Shown here in pieces: positions 18,947 through 27,337 of a stretch of 32,000 nt of DNA; position 1 is the first letter of the stretch; the number at the start of each line of letters is the position of its first letter. The notes beneath the pieces are model-generated. The model had not been told where the DNA came from and searched no databases. It saw only the letters and a program-made list of their open reading frames with translations. A program made the position numbers and the translations under genes. Origin of the DNA: Haloquadratum walsbyi C23 (GTDB lineage: Archaea > Halobacteriota > Halobacteria > Halobacteriales > Haloferacaceae); contig NC_017459.1 in assembly GCF_000237865.1 (NCBI RefSeq), positions 3,090,001 to 3,122,000 on the forward strand. Direction: 5' to 3'.

Positions 18947-19159
18947 ATGAAACAGCCGGATATGCTCTTTCGAGAGCGAGCATACATCGATATAATTGTT
19001 GGACAGGTTGACACCGCTATTGAGTTCATGGTGTCACATCCAGCACTCGTTGGATTGCTCGCATTGCTGCTTGGATTTGTCTTCTTCTCATATCTATTCA
19101 TCAGACGGATACTTACTGGGCTTCGTGAAGGGTATGATGAAGCTTATCGGGAGAATTAA
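18947..19159 (+). CDS. Small membrane protein upstream of the PiT transporter
   Basis: 70 aa with one clear TM helix ('HPALVGLLALLLGFVFFSYLFI'). It ends 9 nt before the PiT ATG. No recognisable family. Confidence 0.5.
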   Translation: MKQPDMLFRERAYIDIIVGQVDTAIEFMVSHPALVGLLALLLGFVFFSYLFIRRILTGLREGYDEAYREN

Positions 19160-19168
19160 CGGGCGATA

Positions 19169-20359
19169 ATGGTCGGAGTTGGAACGGTTTTAACGCTCAG
19201 TATTGCTGCGTCGGCAAGTCTGTTTATGGCATGGTCAATTGGTGCCGGGTCCTCAGGCTCAACACCATTTGCGCCAGCAGTCGGCGCAAACGCGATCTCA
19301 ATTATGCGGGCTGGCTTCATCGTTGGACTACTTGGGCTTGCTGGTGCTGTTTTACAAGGAGCAAATGTGACACAAGCAGTCGGGTCCGAGCTTGTAATTG
19401 GTAATGTACTCACTGCAACAGCATCGATTGTGGCGTTACTCACCGCTGCGGCGCTTGTGGCGGTCGGTGTGTTCGCCGGGTATCCAATCGCGACCGCATT
19501 CACTGTCACAGGGGCTGTAGTCGGTGTGGGTCTTGCAAATGGTGGGTCGCCGGCGATAGTAAAATATCAAGAGATTATAGCACTATGGACGCTCACACCG
19601 ATTGTTGGCGGTGGAATCGCATACACAACTGCCCGAGCACTGAGACATGAAGTCGTTGTTGAGCAGATAGCTATTCCAGCTCTTGCAGGACTCGTCGGAG
19701 CACTCGTTGCAAATATTCGATTTGCAGCACTCGGAGGTGAGCGTGGGCGGTCAGTCGCAGGTGCTGGCGCTGAAACCATACCGCTCGGAGCAGACGGAGG
19801 AAATGTTGTACTTGGATCGCTCATTATTACGATGGGATTTGCACTGATCAGCACAGCATTGGTCTATCAGGATATGAAACAGGATACGGCGCGTGGACAG
19901 CGGCGGTTTTTGCTTGTTCTCGGCGGGCTTGTTGCGTTCTCAGCCGGTGGGAGTCAAGTCGGGCTTGCACTTGGACCACTCGTGCCACTTCTGGATGTGA
20001 TTGTCATTCCATTACCAGTTGTACTTCTTGGTGGAGGGATTGGACTTCTTATTGGGTCATGGACTGGGGCCCCTCGGATGATCAAAGCACTCGCACAGGA
20101 TTACTCTTCACTTGGACCACGCCGATCAATCGCTGCGATGATTCCATCATTTGCAATTGCACAGACTGCGGTTGCACTCGGGATTCCGGTTTCATTCAAT
20201 GAAATTATCGTCAGCGCAATCATCGGAAGCGGCTATGCTGCTGGTGGATCTGATGTAAGTCGGGAAAAAATGGTCAAGACGGTGTTTGCATGGATTAGCT
20301 CGCTTGCACTCGCGTTTGCGCTCTCATATATTATATTTACTCTAATTGATATTATATGA
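19169..20359 (+). CDS. Inorganic phosphate transporter, PiT (PHO4) family
   Basis: 396-aa polytopic protein with duplicated PiT-like segments ('AWSIGAGSSGSTPFAPAVGANAIS' and 'GSGYAAGGSDV'). Confidence 0.9.
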   Translation: MVGVGTVLTLSIAASASLFMAWSIGAGSSGSTPFAPAVGANAISIMRAGFIVGLLGLAGAVLQGANVTQAVGSELVIGNVLTATASIVALLTAAALVAVGVFAGYPIATAFTVTGAVVGVGLANGGSPAIVKYQEIIALWTLTPIVGGGIAYTTARALRHEVVVEQIAIPALAGLVGALVANIRFAALGGERGRSVAGAGAETIPLGADGGNVVLGSLIITMGFALISTALVYQDMKQDTARGQRRFLLVLGGLVAFSAGGSQVGLALGPLVPLLDVIVIPLPVVLLGGGIGLLIGSWTGAPRMIKALAQDYSSLGPRRSIAAMIPSFAIAQTAVALGIPVSFNEIIVSAIIGSGYAAGGSDVSREKMVKTVFAWISSLALAFALSYIIFTLIDII

Positions 20360-20475
20360 TACCTAAGCAGTCGGTTTGAGGCCAGGGGCTCCGGCTCCAC
20401 CTCGAAAACGCTAAACTGCGGAATCACTCTCGACACCTACACAAGAATCAGCACAGTGTATTGAATCGATTTTAT

Positions 20476-21948
20476 TTATTCAGCCTCGATATCCTGTGTC
20501 GATGTCAAGTCTTCGTCTGAGTCAGATTCTGGTCGGGAGTCTGGGTCTGAGTCTGCGATATTATCGTCGGGAGGTGCTGTTTCTAGTCCTGGTTGCGACT
20601 CTGATTGTGATTCAGAGTGCTCCTTTGTGGTAGATGAATCAGGAGTAATAACACGTGCTTTCATGATTCGTGTGTTATCAACCTGCTCAATACAGATGGT
20701 GATATTATCGAAGGTGATCTGCTCGCCTTCCTCAACTAAGCGTCCAACTCGGTTGAAAATAAATCCAGCAAGCGTTTCGAACTCCTCGCCTTCAGGAAGA
20801 TCAAGTTCAAGTTCATCATTGACCTCATCAATATTTACTTCCCCGCGAACGAGTGTCTCATTGGTATCAATAAATTCAAATGCCTCTTCTTCATCGTCTT
20901 CAAGAATATCGCCGACAATCTCCTCAACCATATCCTCAAGCGTCACAAGCCCTTCTGTTGTCCCAAATTCGTCAATAACAATGACCATTCGGAGCCGATT
21001 ATCCTGAATCTCAGTAAGAAGCTCATCAACGTTTTTTGATTCCGGCACGTGTAATGTTGGCTGGACAATGTCGGTCAAAGGTATATCACCCTCACCATAG
21101 TGCTTCTCCCGAACAAGATCGCGAACAGTCACAGTGCCGATGACATTATCAAGATTACCATCATAAACAGGAATCCGTTCATGATCAGAGTGGACACACG
21201 TCTCGATTGCCTCTTCAATTGTTGCATCTTTTGCGACAGCCGTCATATCGAGTCGAGGTGTCATTACTTCTTTAACGATTGTTTGATTGAACTGAAAAAT
21301 ACGATCGAGCATCTCTCGCTCATCTTCCTCAATAACACCTTCTCGTTCACCTGTTTGGATGAGATCTTGAATTTCATCACGAGTGACATATGATGTCTCA
21401 ATCTCAGATCGACCACCAGTAATGCGATTTATAATACGAGTGAGACGGTCAAACACAATAACAAGCGGAAGTAATACATATTCAGAGTATTTGAGTGGTC
21501 GGGCAATCCGTAATGCCCATGATTCCGTGTGTTCAACAGCATATGATTTTGGTGCGCTCTCGCCGAAGAGTAACACAAGTGATGTAATGCCAAATGTTGA
21601 CACCAACACCGCTGATCCAGGGTCAAAGTACAGACTCACAAGCGCTGTCGCGAGTGATGACATTGCGATATTGACAATATTGTTGCCAACAAGAATGGTC
21701 ACAAGCAGTCGATGCGGGTTTGATTTAAGTTCATCGACAACATCAGCACCAGGAACATTATCATCGACGAGGGCATCAACACGATGTTTCGCAAGCGAAA
21801 ACATTGCAATCTCCGATGAGGAAAAGAACGCGGAGAAGCCGATCAGCAAAAAAATTACAAATGCACCAGCGACTGTAATTGTCGTCTGCGTGACCGGAAT
21901 CGGGGCGAGTTGACCAATGAAGAGTGAGAGTGACGGGGATAAGCCCAT
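20476..21948 (-). CDS. CNNM/CorB-type protein (DUF21 TM domain, CBS pair, CorC_HlyC domain)
   Basis: It has an N-terminal four-helix DUF21 region ('SSSEIAMFSL'), a CBS pair ('VKEVMTPRLDM..IPVYDG') and a CorC C-terminal domain. A ~55-aa acidic Ser/Asp tail follows. I set the start at Met10 (21948); the ORF is open to 21975. Confidence 0.9.
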   Translation of the reverse strand: MGLSPSLSLFIGQLAPIPVTQTTITVAGAFVIFLLIGFSAFFSSSEIAMFSLAKHRVDALVDDNVPGADVVDELKSNPHRLLVTILVGNNIVNIAMSSLATALVSLYFDPGSAVLVSTFGITSLVLLFGESAPKSYAVEHTESWALRIARPLKYSEYVLLPLVIVFDRLTRIINRITGGRSEIETSYVTRDEIQDLIQTGEREGVIEEDEREMLDRIFQFNQTIVKEVMTPRLDMTAVAKDATIEEAIETCVHSDHERIPVYDGNLDNVIGTVTVRDLVREKHYGEGDIPLTDIVQPTLHVPESKNVDELLTEIQDNRLRMVIVIDEFGTTEGLVTLEDMVEEIVGDILEDDEEEAFEFIDTNETLVRGEVNIDEVNDELELDLPEGEEFETLAGFIFNRVGRLVEEGEQITFDNITICIEQVDNTRIMKARVITPDSSTTKEHSESQSESQPGLETAPPDDNIADSDPDSRPESDSDEDLTSTQDIEAE

Positions 21949-22407
21949 ACGACTACGATATCTTATCTGGTGCATAAATTAAGATTTGCCCCTCAGGATA
22001 TCCAAACTGGCACTCTTTACAGCATGATTAAAAGTATATTTTAAATTATATAAATTGAGTTAAGTTTGGATCAAAGACGCTTGAACTGATCTACTGTAGG
22101 ATCGGCGGTATCAGTCGCTATACGAATTGAATTAAACTAGCTGTGCTCGTCCGTTCGAAGACCGGGTGATGAGAAGGATTAGTGGGTATATCCAATCTAT
22201 CATTGCCAATAATTTATTCTTGATATAGAGTAAATGGTGATATTCTTCATATAGAAAAAATCGATATATTTCATGAGGATTACATGTATCCATCGCTAAC
22301 ATCATAAGCCAACAGGACAATAGCATAATGATTAATTTACAGATTGGACGGTGGTCGTTGATGCGGTAGCCGAAGCGCTTAGGCACGGGTCACACGTATG
22401 TCGTAGT

Positions 22408-22716
22408 ATGAGTGCAGATAGTACCAACAGTGATGTGTCAATCACAGTGTATCGACTGGAAGCATGTCCGTTCTGTGAGCGTGTGATTCGTCTACTTGAG
22501 GAACTTGAGCTATCATATCATTCGCGCTTCGTCGAACCAATGCATTCAGACCGTGATGTGGTTAAACGGATATCAGGAAAACGAACCGTTCCAGCATTGG
22601 TTGATACCAATACCGGCGTGGTGATGTCAGAATCAGGAAATATTGTCACATATCTAGAGCAGACATATGGGTCTGACTCCACAGCGAGCATTGAAAAGCC
22701 GGTGGAGGGCGTCTGA
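22408..22716 (+). CDS. Glutaredoxin-like protein (CPFC active site)
   Basis: 'ITVYRLEACPFCERVIRLLEE..', 'TVPALVD' and 'SESGNIVTYLEQTYG' show a Grx fold. I set the start at ATG 22408. The stop overlaps the next ATG (TGATG). Confidence 0.85.
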   Translation: MSADSTNSDVSITVYRLEACPFCERVIRLLEELELSYHSRFVEPMHSDRDVVKRISGKRTVPALVDTNTGVVMSESGNIVTYLEQTYGSDSTASIEKPVEGV

Positions 22717-23231
22717 TGGCTGATCTTGACTTTCCAGTAACAGATTTGCCATCTACATCACATCCTGAAGTCGGAGAGACAGCCCCGGATTTCACTCGAC
22801 CACTGGTGAGCGACGAGTACTGGGAAGATATAGCATTATCAACGGTGACTGACACAGGACCGACGCTATTGGTGTTTCATCCAATGGATGGGGCATTCCC
22901 GACAACATATATGTGGAATGCAATCGGCGATCATGACTTTGGGGACAAGGTGACGCTAATTGGGGTTTCGGTATCATCTCCATATGAGCATTCCAGTTTA
23001 CTTGAGTCACGTGATATAAACGCACGACTGTACGCTGACCCGTCTGCGGAGCTCGCAGAGTTGTATAACATTTCAAATCCACTTGATGATATGACCGGGA
23101 TAACAGAACACCGACCAGCTATATTCCTTCTTGATACTAAACGGACTATACAGTATGTGTGGGTTGCAACCGAATGGCCAGCGTTTCCAGATTATGACGA
23201 GATCACAGCTGCCATCGCGAAATATACATAA
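22716..23231 (+). CDS. Peroxiredoxin/redoxin-fold protein with no cysteine
   Basis: 'VGETAPDFTRPL..', 'TLLVFHPMDGAFPTTYMW', 'LIGVSVSS' and 'RPAIFLLD' follow the AhpC/TSA (Bcp-like) pattern. Thr occupies the position where the peroxidatic Cys is expected, and the 171-aa sequence contains no Cys at all. Confidence 0.75.
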   Translation: MADLDFPVTDLPSTSHPEVGETAPDFTRPLVSDEYWEDIALSTVTDTGPTLLVFHPMDGAFPTTYMWNAIGDHDFGDKVTLIGVSVSSPYEHSSLLESRDINARLYADPSAELAELYNISNPLDDMTGITEHRPAIFLLDTKRTIQYVWVATEWPAFPDYDEITAAIAKYT

Positions 23232-23240
23232 GAAGCGATA

Positions 23241-23948
23241 ATGACGTCCGATTCAAACATGAATAATCCAGATCGGGAAGCAAACATGGATACCACAGGA
23301 TCAGGAAGCGATGACAATACAACGAAAATTGACTCGGATATGCTTTCAGCTGCAGTGAGAGCAATTAAATCTGGAGAATTAGTTGTATATCCAACAGAAA
23401 CTGTCTATGGACTGGGTGTCGACGCGTTAAATCCTGATGCAATAAAGCGTGTATTTGACACTAAAGGTCGAACATATGACAATCCATTATCGCTTGCGGT
23501 TGAGAGCGTGAGCGCAGTCGCACGTCACACTAATCCAAGTGAGCGAGCGATGCAGTTCATCAAAGCATTTCTTCCAGGACCAGTTACTGTGATTGTTGAG
23601 TGCTCAACAGCGGTTCCAGATATCCTTACTGCTGGACGAGGTCGAGTTGGGATTCGAATTCCCGATCATCACGTGGCATTATCATTGCTTGAACGTGCTG
23701 CTCCGACACCAATAACAGCAACAAGTGCGAACCAAAGTGGAACTGGAAGTATCGTTGATACCAATATGCTAGCCCAATCGATTCAACAGAACGTAGCCGT
23801 TGTTCTTGAGGCTGGTGAGACAACCGGAACTGAGAGTACTGTTGTCGATCCGACGCGAAATATCATCCATCGTCGCGGTGCCATGGCTGACGCGGTTATT
23901 GCATGGTTGAGTGATGTTTCCGGGACACGACCCACGATTGAATCATGA
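23241..23948 (+). CDS. tsaC: L-threonylcarbamoyladenylate synthase (YrdC/TsaC domain only)
   Basis: 'VVYPTETVYGLGVDA', 'TKGRTYDNPLSLAV', 'GPVTVIV' and 'TATSANQSG'. No SUA5 C-terminal domain lies within the ORF. The ~35-aa low-complexity N-terminus makes the start uncertain (the internal Met at 'MLSAAVRAIK' is possible). It begins 9 nt after the Prx-like gene. Confidence 0.88.
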   Translation: MTSDSNMNNPDREANMDTTGSGSDDNTTKIDSDMLSAAVRAIKSGELVVYPTETVYGLGVDALNPDAIKRVFDTKGRTYDNPLSLAVESVSAVARHTNPSERAMQFIKAFLPGPVTVIVECSTAVPDILTAGRGRVGIRIPDHHVALSLLERAAPTPITATSANQSGTGSIVDTNMLAQSIQQNVAVVLEAGETTGTESTVVDPTRNIIHRRGAMADAVIAWLSDVSGTRPTIES

Positions 23949-24090
23949 TCAGATAATCAGCCAGAAAAATTGTGCCTCTTCGTTAGCGTCGACCACGGTT
24001 TCAATATGTGAATCTGAATATCATAGATGCGTCTGCATTTTGTTAGATCGTATTAGGTATCATTCAGTTGAGACGATGATACAAAGCGTC

Positions 24091-24106
24091 AAAGCCGTGG
24101 GCTTTT
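24091..24106 (+). terminator. Hairpin AAAGCC-GTG-GGCTTT followed by T (T4 run)
   Basis: A 6-bp stem and 3-nt loop read directly, about 143 nt downstream of the tsaC stop. Its function is not established. Confidence 0.25.
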
Positions 24107-24379
24107 GTCGTGCGATTCTGTAGAGCGGAGTATGAATGTCGCCGATGCGATTACCCCCCGAGAAGGGAGTATGACCGCCGAACTCTCGGGCATCTGCAAT
24201 GATGCATTAGTGAATCTGAGAAAATGTGCATTTTTATCGGGTCCAGTTGTCAAACAGATTGAAGATGTCAAGAACTACTGTAGAATTACGTCTCATGAGA
24301 TATTAATCAACTTCGATGGCTTGAATAGCATACCGTCACCGATGTGGTTCGTGATATTAATTTCGTGGAGGCTCGATCG

Positions 24380-26188
24380 ATGAGCACTAACGAAGATCAA
24401 ACAGAGGGTGAACGGCTCGCAGAACTAGCGAAGCGCCGTGGGTTCTTTTTTGGATCAAACGGTGCATACGGCGGCGTTGCTGGGTTCTATACCTTTGGTC
24501 CTCAGGGTGCAGCATTAAAATCAAATATTGAAGCTGCATGGCGAGAGCGATTTACTGTCCGGGAGGGTAACTATGAGATTGAGGCACCAACAATTATGCC
24601 CGAACCGGTGTTTGAAGCATCAGGACATCTTGACGGATTCGATGATATGCTTGTCGAATGTCCCGATTGCGGAACAGCTCACCGGGCAGATCATCTTATC
24701 GAGGATGCAACGGATATCGAAGATGCAGAATCAGCACCAATCGAGGAAGTTGAGGATTTGATTATCGAACACAACCTCGTTTGTCCACAGTGTCAGGCGA
24801 CACTTGGAGGTGAGCCAGTTGACTCGTTCAATTTGATGTTTGAAACAAACATTGGTCCTGGATCTGCCTCATCGGGATATCTCCGCCCAGAGACTGCACA
24901 GGGAATTTTCGTTGAGTTCCCACAGATCAAACAATATGCGAGAAACACACTTCCATTCGGCGTGACTCAAATCGGGCGGGCATACCGTAATGAGATTTCG
25001 CCTCGAAAGCGAATTGTTCGAACGCGGGAGTTCACACAGGCAGAATTAGAGCAATTCATCGATCCAGAGCGCAACGAACCAGCGCTTGATGAAGTCGCTG
25101 ATATTACGGTAACGCTATATTCGGCACGTCAACAGCAGGCTGATGATGGTGACTACATCGAAACAACCGTAGGCGAGGCAGTCAAGTCGGGTCTTATTGA
25201 TGATGGATGGATTGGATATTTCATTGGAATCGCACAAGAGTGGTATGAGACGATTGGCGTCGATACCGACCGGTTTCGGTTTCGGCAGCATCTGAGTGGT
25301 GAGCGAGCGCATTATGCTGCTGATTGTTGGGACGCTGAGAGTGAGGTTGACGGTGATTGGATTGAAATTGCAGGATTTGCTTACCGCGGTGAGTACGACC
25401 TCTCGAAACATGCTGAATATGGTGATGATGAATTTAGTATATTTCAGGAATATGAAAAATCAAAGACAGTTGAGCGTGCTGTCGTTGATCCCGATATGAG
25501 TGTACTTGGACCGAAATTTGGTTCACAGGCAGGCGAGATTAAAACAGCACTTGAAACACTTGCTGAACGGAATCCAGACGCATTCAGTGAAGAGACAGTC
25601 GATGTCAGCGTCGATGGCGAGATCATCACTGTTGATGTTGAAGAGACGAACTTCCACATAGAGACCAAAACAGTGAATGGTGAGCATATTACACCACATG
25701 TAATCGAGCCCTCTTTTGGAATCGATCGAACAGTATATACCCTCTTAGCACACGGTTATCGAGAGGATACAGTTGATAATGAGACTCGAACATATCTATC
25801 GCTCTCAACAAAAGTCGCACCAACTGACGTTGGCGTATTTCCACTTATCTCAAATGTCGAACAGCTTGTTGAGCAAGCCAAAGATATTGTAAGTGAACTT
25901 CGGGCAGCAGGATTGAGTGTTGTTGCTGATGATTCCGGGAGTATTGGTCGACGATATCGGCGACAAGATGAAATTGGAACACCGTTCTGTATTACTGTCG
26001 ACCGTGATGGAATAGAGGGCACAGATCCAGATACGGTGACGATTCGGCAGCGAGACACAGGTCGACAAGTCCGAGCACCAATTGCAGTCGTCACTGAGTT
26101 GATTCAATCTGTACAATCTGATGAAATAATATTCGAGAACCTCACTGACGCATATGACGCTGTCGAGTGGGCAAACAAAAGCGAGTAA
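24380..26188 (+). CDS. glyS: Glycine--tRNA ligase (archaeal/eukaryotic-type class II)
   Basis: 'RRGFFFGSNGAYGGVAGFYTFGPQG', 'YLRPETAQGIFVEF', 'GRAYRNEISPR' and 'PSFGIDRTVY', plus a C-terminal anticodon-binding domain. I set the start at ATG 24380 ('MSTNEDQ'). Confidence 0.96.
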   Translation: MSTNEDQTEGERLAELAKRRGFFFGSNGAYGGVAGFYTFGPQGAALKSNIEAAWRERFTVREGNYEIEAPTIMPEPVFEASGHLDGFDDMLVECPDCGTAHRADHLIEDATDIEDAESAPIEEVEDLIIEHNLVCPQCQATLGGEPVDSFNLMFETNIGPGSASSGYLRPETAQGIFVEFPQIKQYARNTLPFGVTQIGRAYRNEISPRKRIVRTREFTQAELEQFIDPERNEPALDEVADITVTLYSARQQQADDGDYIETTVGEAVKSGLIDDGWIGYFIGIAQEWYETIGVDTDRFRFRQHLSGERAHYAADCWDAESEVDGDWIEIAGFAYRGEYDLSKHAEYGDDEFSIFQEYEKSKTVERAVVDPDMSVLGPKFGSQAGEIKTALETLAERNPDAFSEETVDVSVDGEIITVDVEETNFHIETKTVNGEHITPHVIEPSFGIDRTVYTLLAHGYREDTVDNETRTYLSLSTKVAPTDVGVFPLISNVEQLVEQAKDIVSELRAAGLSVVADDSGSIGRRYRRQDEIGTPFCITVDRDGIEGTDPDTVTIRQRDTGRQVRAPIAVVTELIQSVQSDEIIFENLTDAYDAVEWANKSE

Positions 26189-26197
26189 GCACTGGTC

Positions 26198-27025
26198 GTG
26201 ACACCAAATCCCGACGAGCGGATAGGGAGCAATACTGACGCTGATACTGATGGACGAGCAGAATCAGAAAGTGGCACCGAATCATCCGCAGAGGCTGATC
26301 AGGTTGAGTCGGTGTTTACTGTACTAAATGTGGTGAGCGTATCTATTGAGGACAACAAGTATGTTACGTTGGTGTTGAATCACAGCGACAACTCAAATTC
26401 CAGATCAGTTTCGGGTAATGAAATAAAGCGTCGACTTGTGCATGCAAGTGGTACTGTGTTACCACTGCTATATGTGATTAACATACTCAGTTGGTCAGTA
26501 TTTGAGATAATCATGATTATCGGGGCAGCTACAGCGGCTTTGCTTGAGACGGTTCGACTTTTTATTGGGCTTGAATGGCGTATCTATGATGAACTTACCC
26601 GATCATACGAGCAGACGAATATTGCTGGATATGCGTTATACGCATTCAGTAGCACCACAGTCATTATTGTATTTACTCCTGTAATTGCGGTTCCAGCAAT
26701 GATGATGTTAACGCTTGGCGATCCAATCTCTGGGTTGTTGGGCACAACACGGGCTGCTGGGGAGTCAAAGCGTCCGCGGACACTTGTTGTGATGTTTACG
26801 GTGTGCTTTGTGATTGGACTGGTCTTTTTGTTTCCAATAGCGGGAACGACCGGAGTAATTAGCGCTGGGGTCGCTGCGGTTGGAGCGACGGTTGCAGACG
26901 GAATAAAGCCAGTTGTTGGTGGTTATGTTATTGATGATAACTTTTCGATTCCACTGATAGCAGCGACTGGATCAAGCATTATATTATCTGTAGGTGGACA
27001 TCAGCCAATCATTTCGCTTTACTGA
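26198..27025 (+). CDS. Dolichol kinase-like / CTP-dependent polyprenol kinase family membrane protein
   Basis: The membrane core 'RRLVHASGTVLPLLY', 'LETVRL', 'LTLGDPISGLLG' and 'ADG..DDNFSIPL' resembles the dolichol/phytol kinase (cytidylyltransferase-like) family. GTG start. The first ~75 aa are acidic and low-complexity, so the true start may lie further in. Confidence 0.7.
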   Translation: MTPNPDERIGSNTDADTDGRAESESGTESSAEADQVESVFTVLNVVSVSIEDNKYVTLVLNHSDNSNSRSVSGNEIKRRLVHASGTVLPLLYVINILSWSVFEIIMIIGAATAALLETVRLFIGLEWRIYDELTRSYEQTNIAGYALYAFSSTTVIIVFTPVIAVPAMMMLTLGDPISGLLGTTRAAGESKRPRTLVVMFTVCFVIGLVFLFPIAGTTGVISAGVAAVGATVADGIKPVVGGYVIDDNFSIPLIAATGSSIILSVGGHQPIISLY

Positions 27026-27089
27026 TCGAAAAATTCGTGTGAGACTGCTCTCGAAAAGATTTAGTACATGCCATTGAATATTTAGTGTA

Positions 27090-27200
27090 ATGAATTGGTG
27101 TAGTTGGCAAAATATGCGTTCACCAACGAAAGACATCGTTGTTATGTCTATGAGTCATGACGTCGTGAGTCAGACTCGACGGCGGCGACGGGCCGTTTAG
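27090..27200 (+). CDS. Candidate micro-ORF ending ..SQTRRRRRAV* upstream of argG
   Basis: Hand translation: MNWCSWQNMRSPTKDIVVMSMSHDVVSQTRRRRRAV*. In-frame ATGs lie at 27090, 27114, 27144 and 27150. The five consecutive Arg codons CGA CGG CGG CGA CGG occupy 27177..27191. TATA-like GATTTAGTA lies about 27 nt upstream of the first ATG. Expression is unproven. Confidence 0.25.
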   Translation: MNWCSWQNMRSPTKDIVVMSMSHDVVSQTRRRRRAV

Positions 27201-27216
27201 GCCCAGATATATTTTT
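27190..27216 (+). terminator. GC hairpin GGGCC-GTTTA-GGCCC followed by a T5 tract
   Basis: Read directly. The stem is 27190-27194 / 27200-27204 and the micro-ORF stop TAG (27198-27200) lies in the loop. TTTTT is at 27212-27216. Oligo-T tracts are archaeal termination signals. Confidence 0.3.
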
Positions 27217-27304
27217 ACTACATGTCTCGACAGAAATTGATTAGATGCTATTATTTTATCTATAGGCATCTCTCTCGTTTTTATTCATAACGTTAAACCG
27301 TGTA

Positions 27305-27311
27305 TTTTATA
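27305..27311 (+). promoter_or_regulatory. TATA-like box (TTTTATA) about 30 nt upstream of the argG ATG
   Basis: Read directly. The spacing suggests argG can be transcribed leaderless from its own promoter. Confidence 0.4.
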
Positions 27312-27337
27312 CGAAAGAGCGCCTGAGATGGTGATAT

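Noticed and set aside
20367-20419. Nested weak stems and a GGCTCC GGCTCC tandem in the PiT / CNNM convergent spacer, considered as a tRNA or bidirectional terminator
   Set aside because: The stems are only 4-5 bp. There are no tRNA-like arms or T-loop and no oligo-T tract on either strand.
22132-22386. 84-aa minus-strand ORF in the 430-nt CNNM / grx spacer, and a GTGATGA C-box-like heptamer at 22166-22172
   Set aside because: The ORF is hydrophobic/basic and lies in AT-rich DNA. No matching D box (CTGA) or C'/D' arrangement follows the heptamer.
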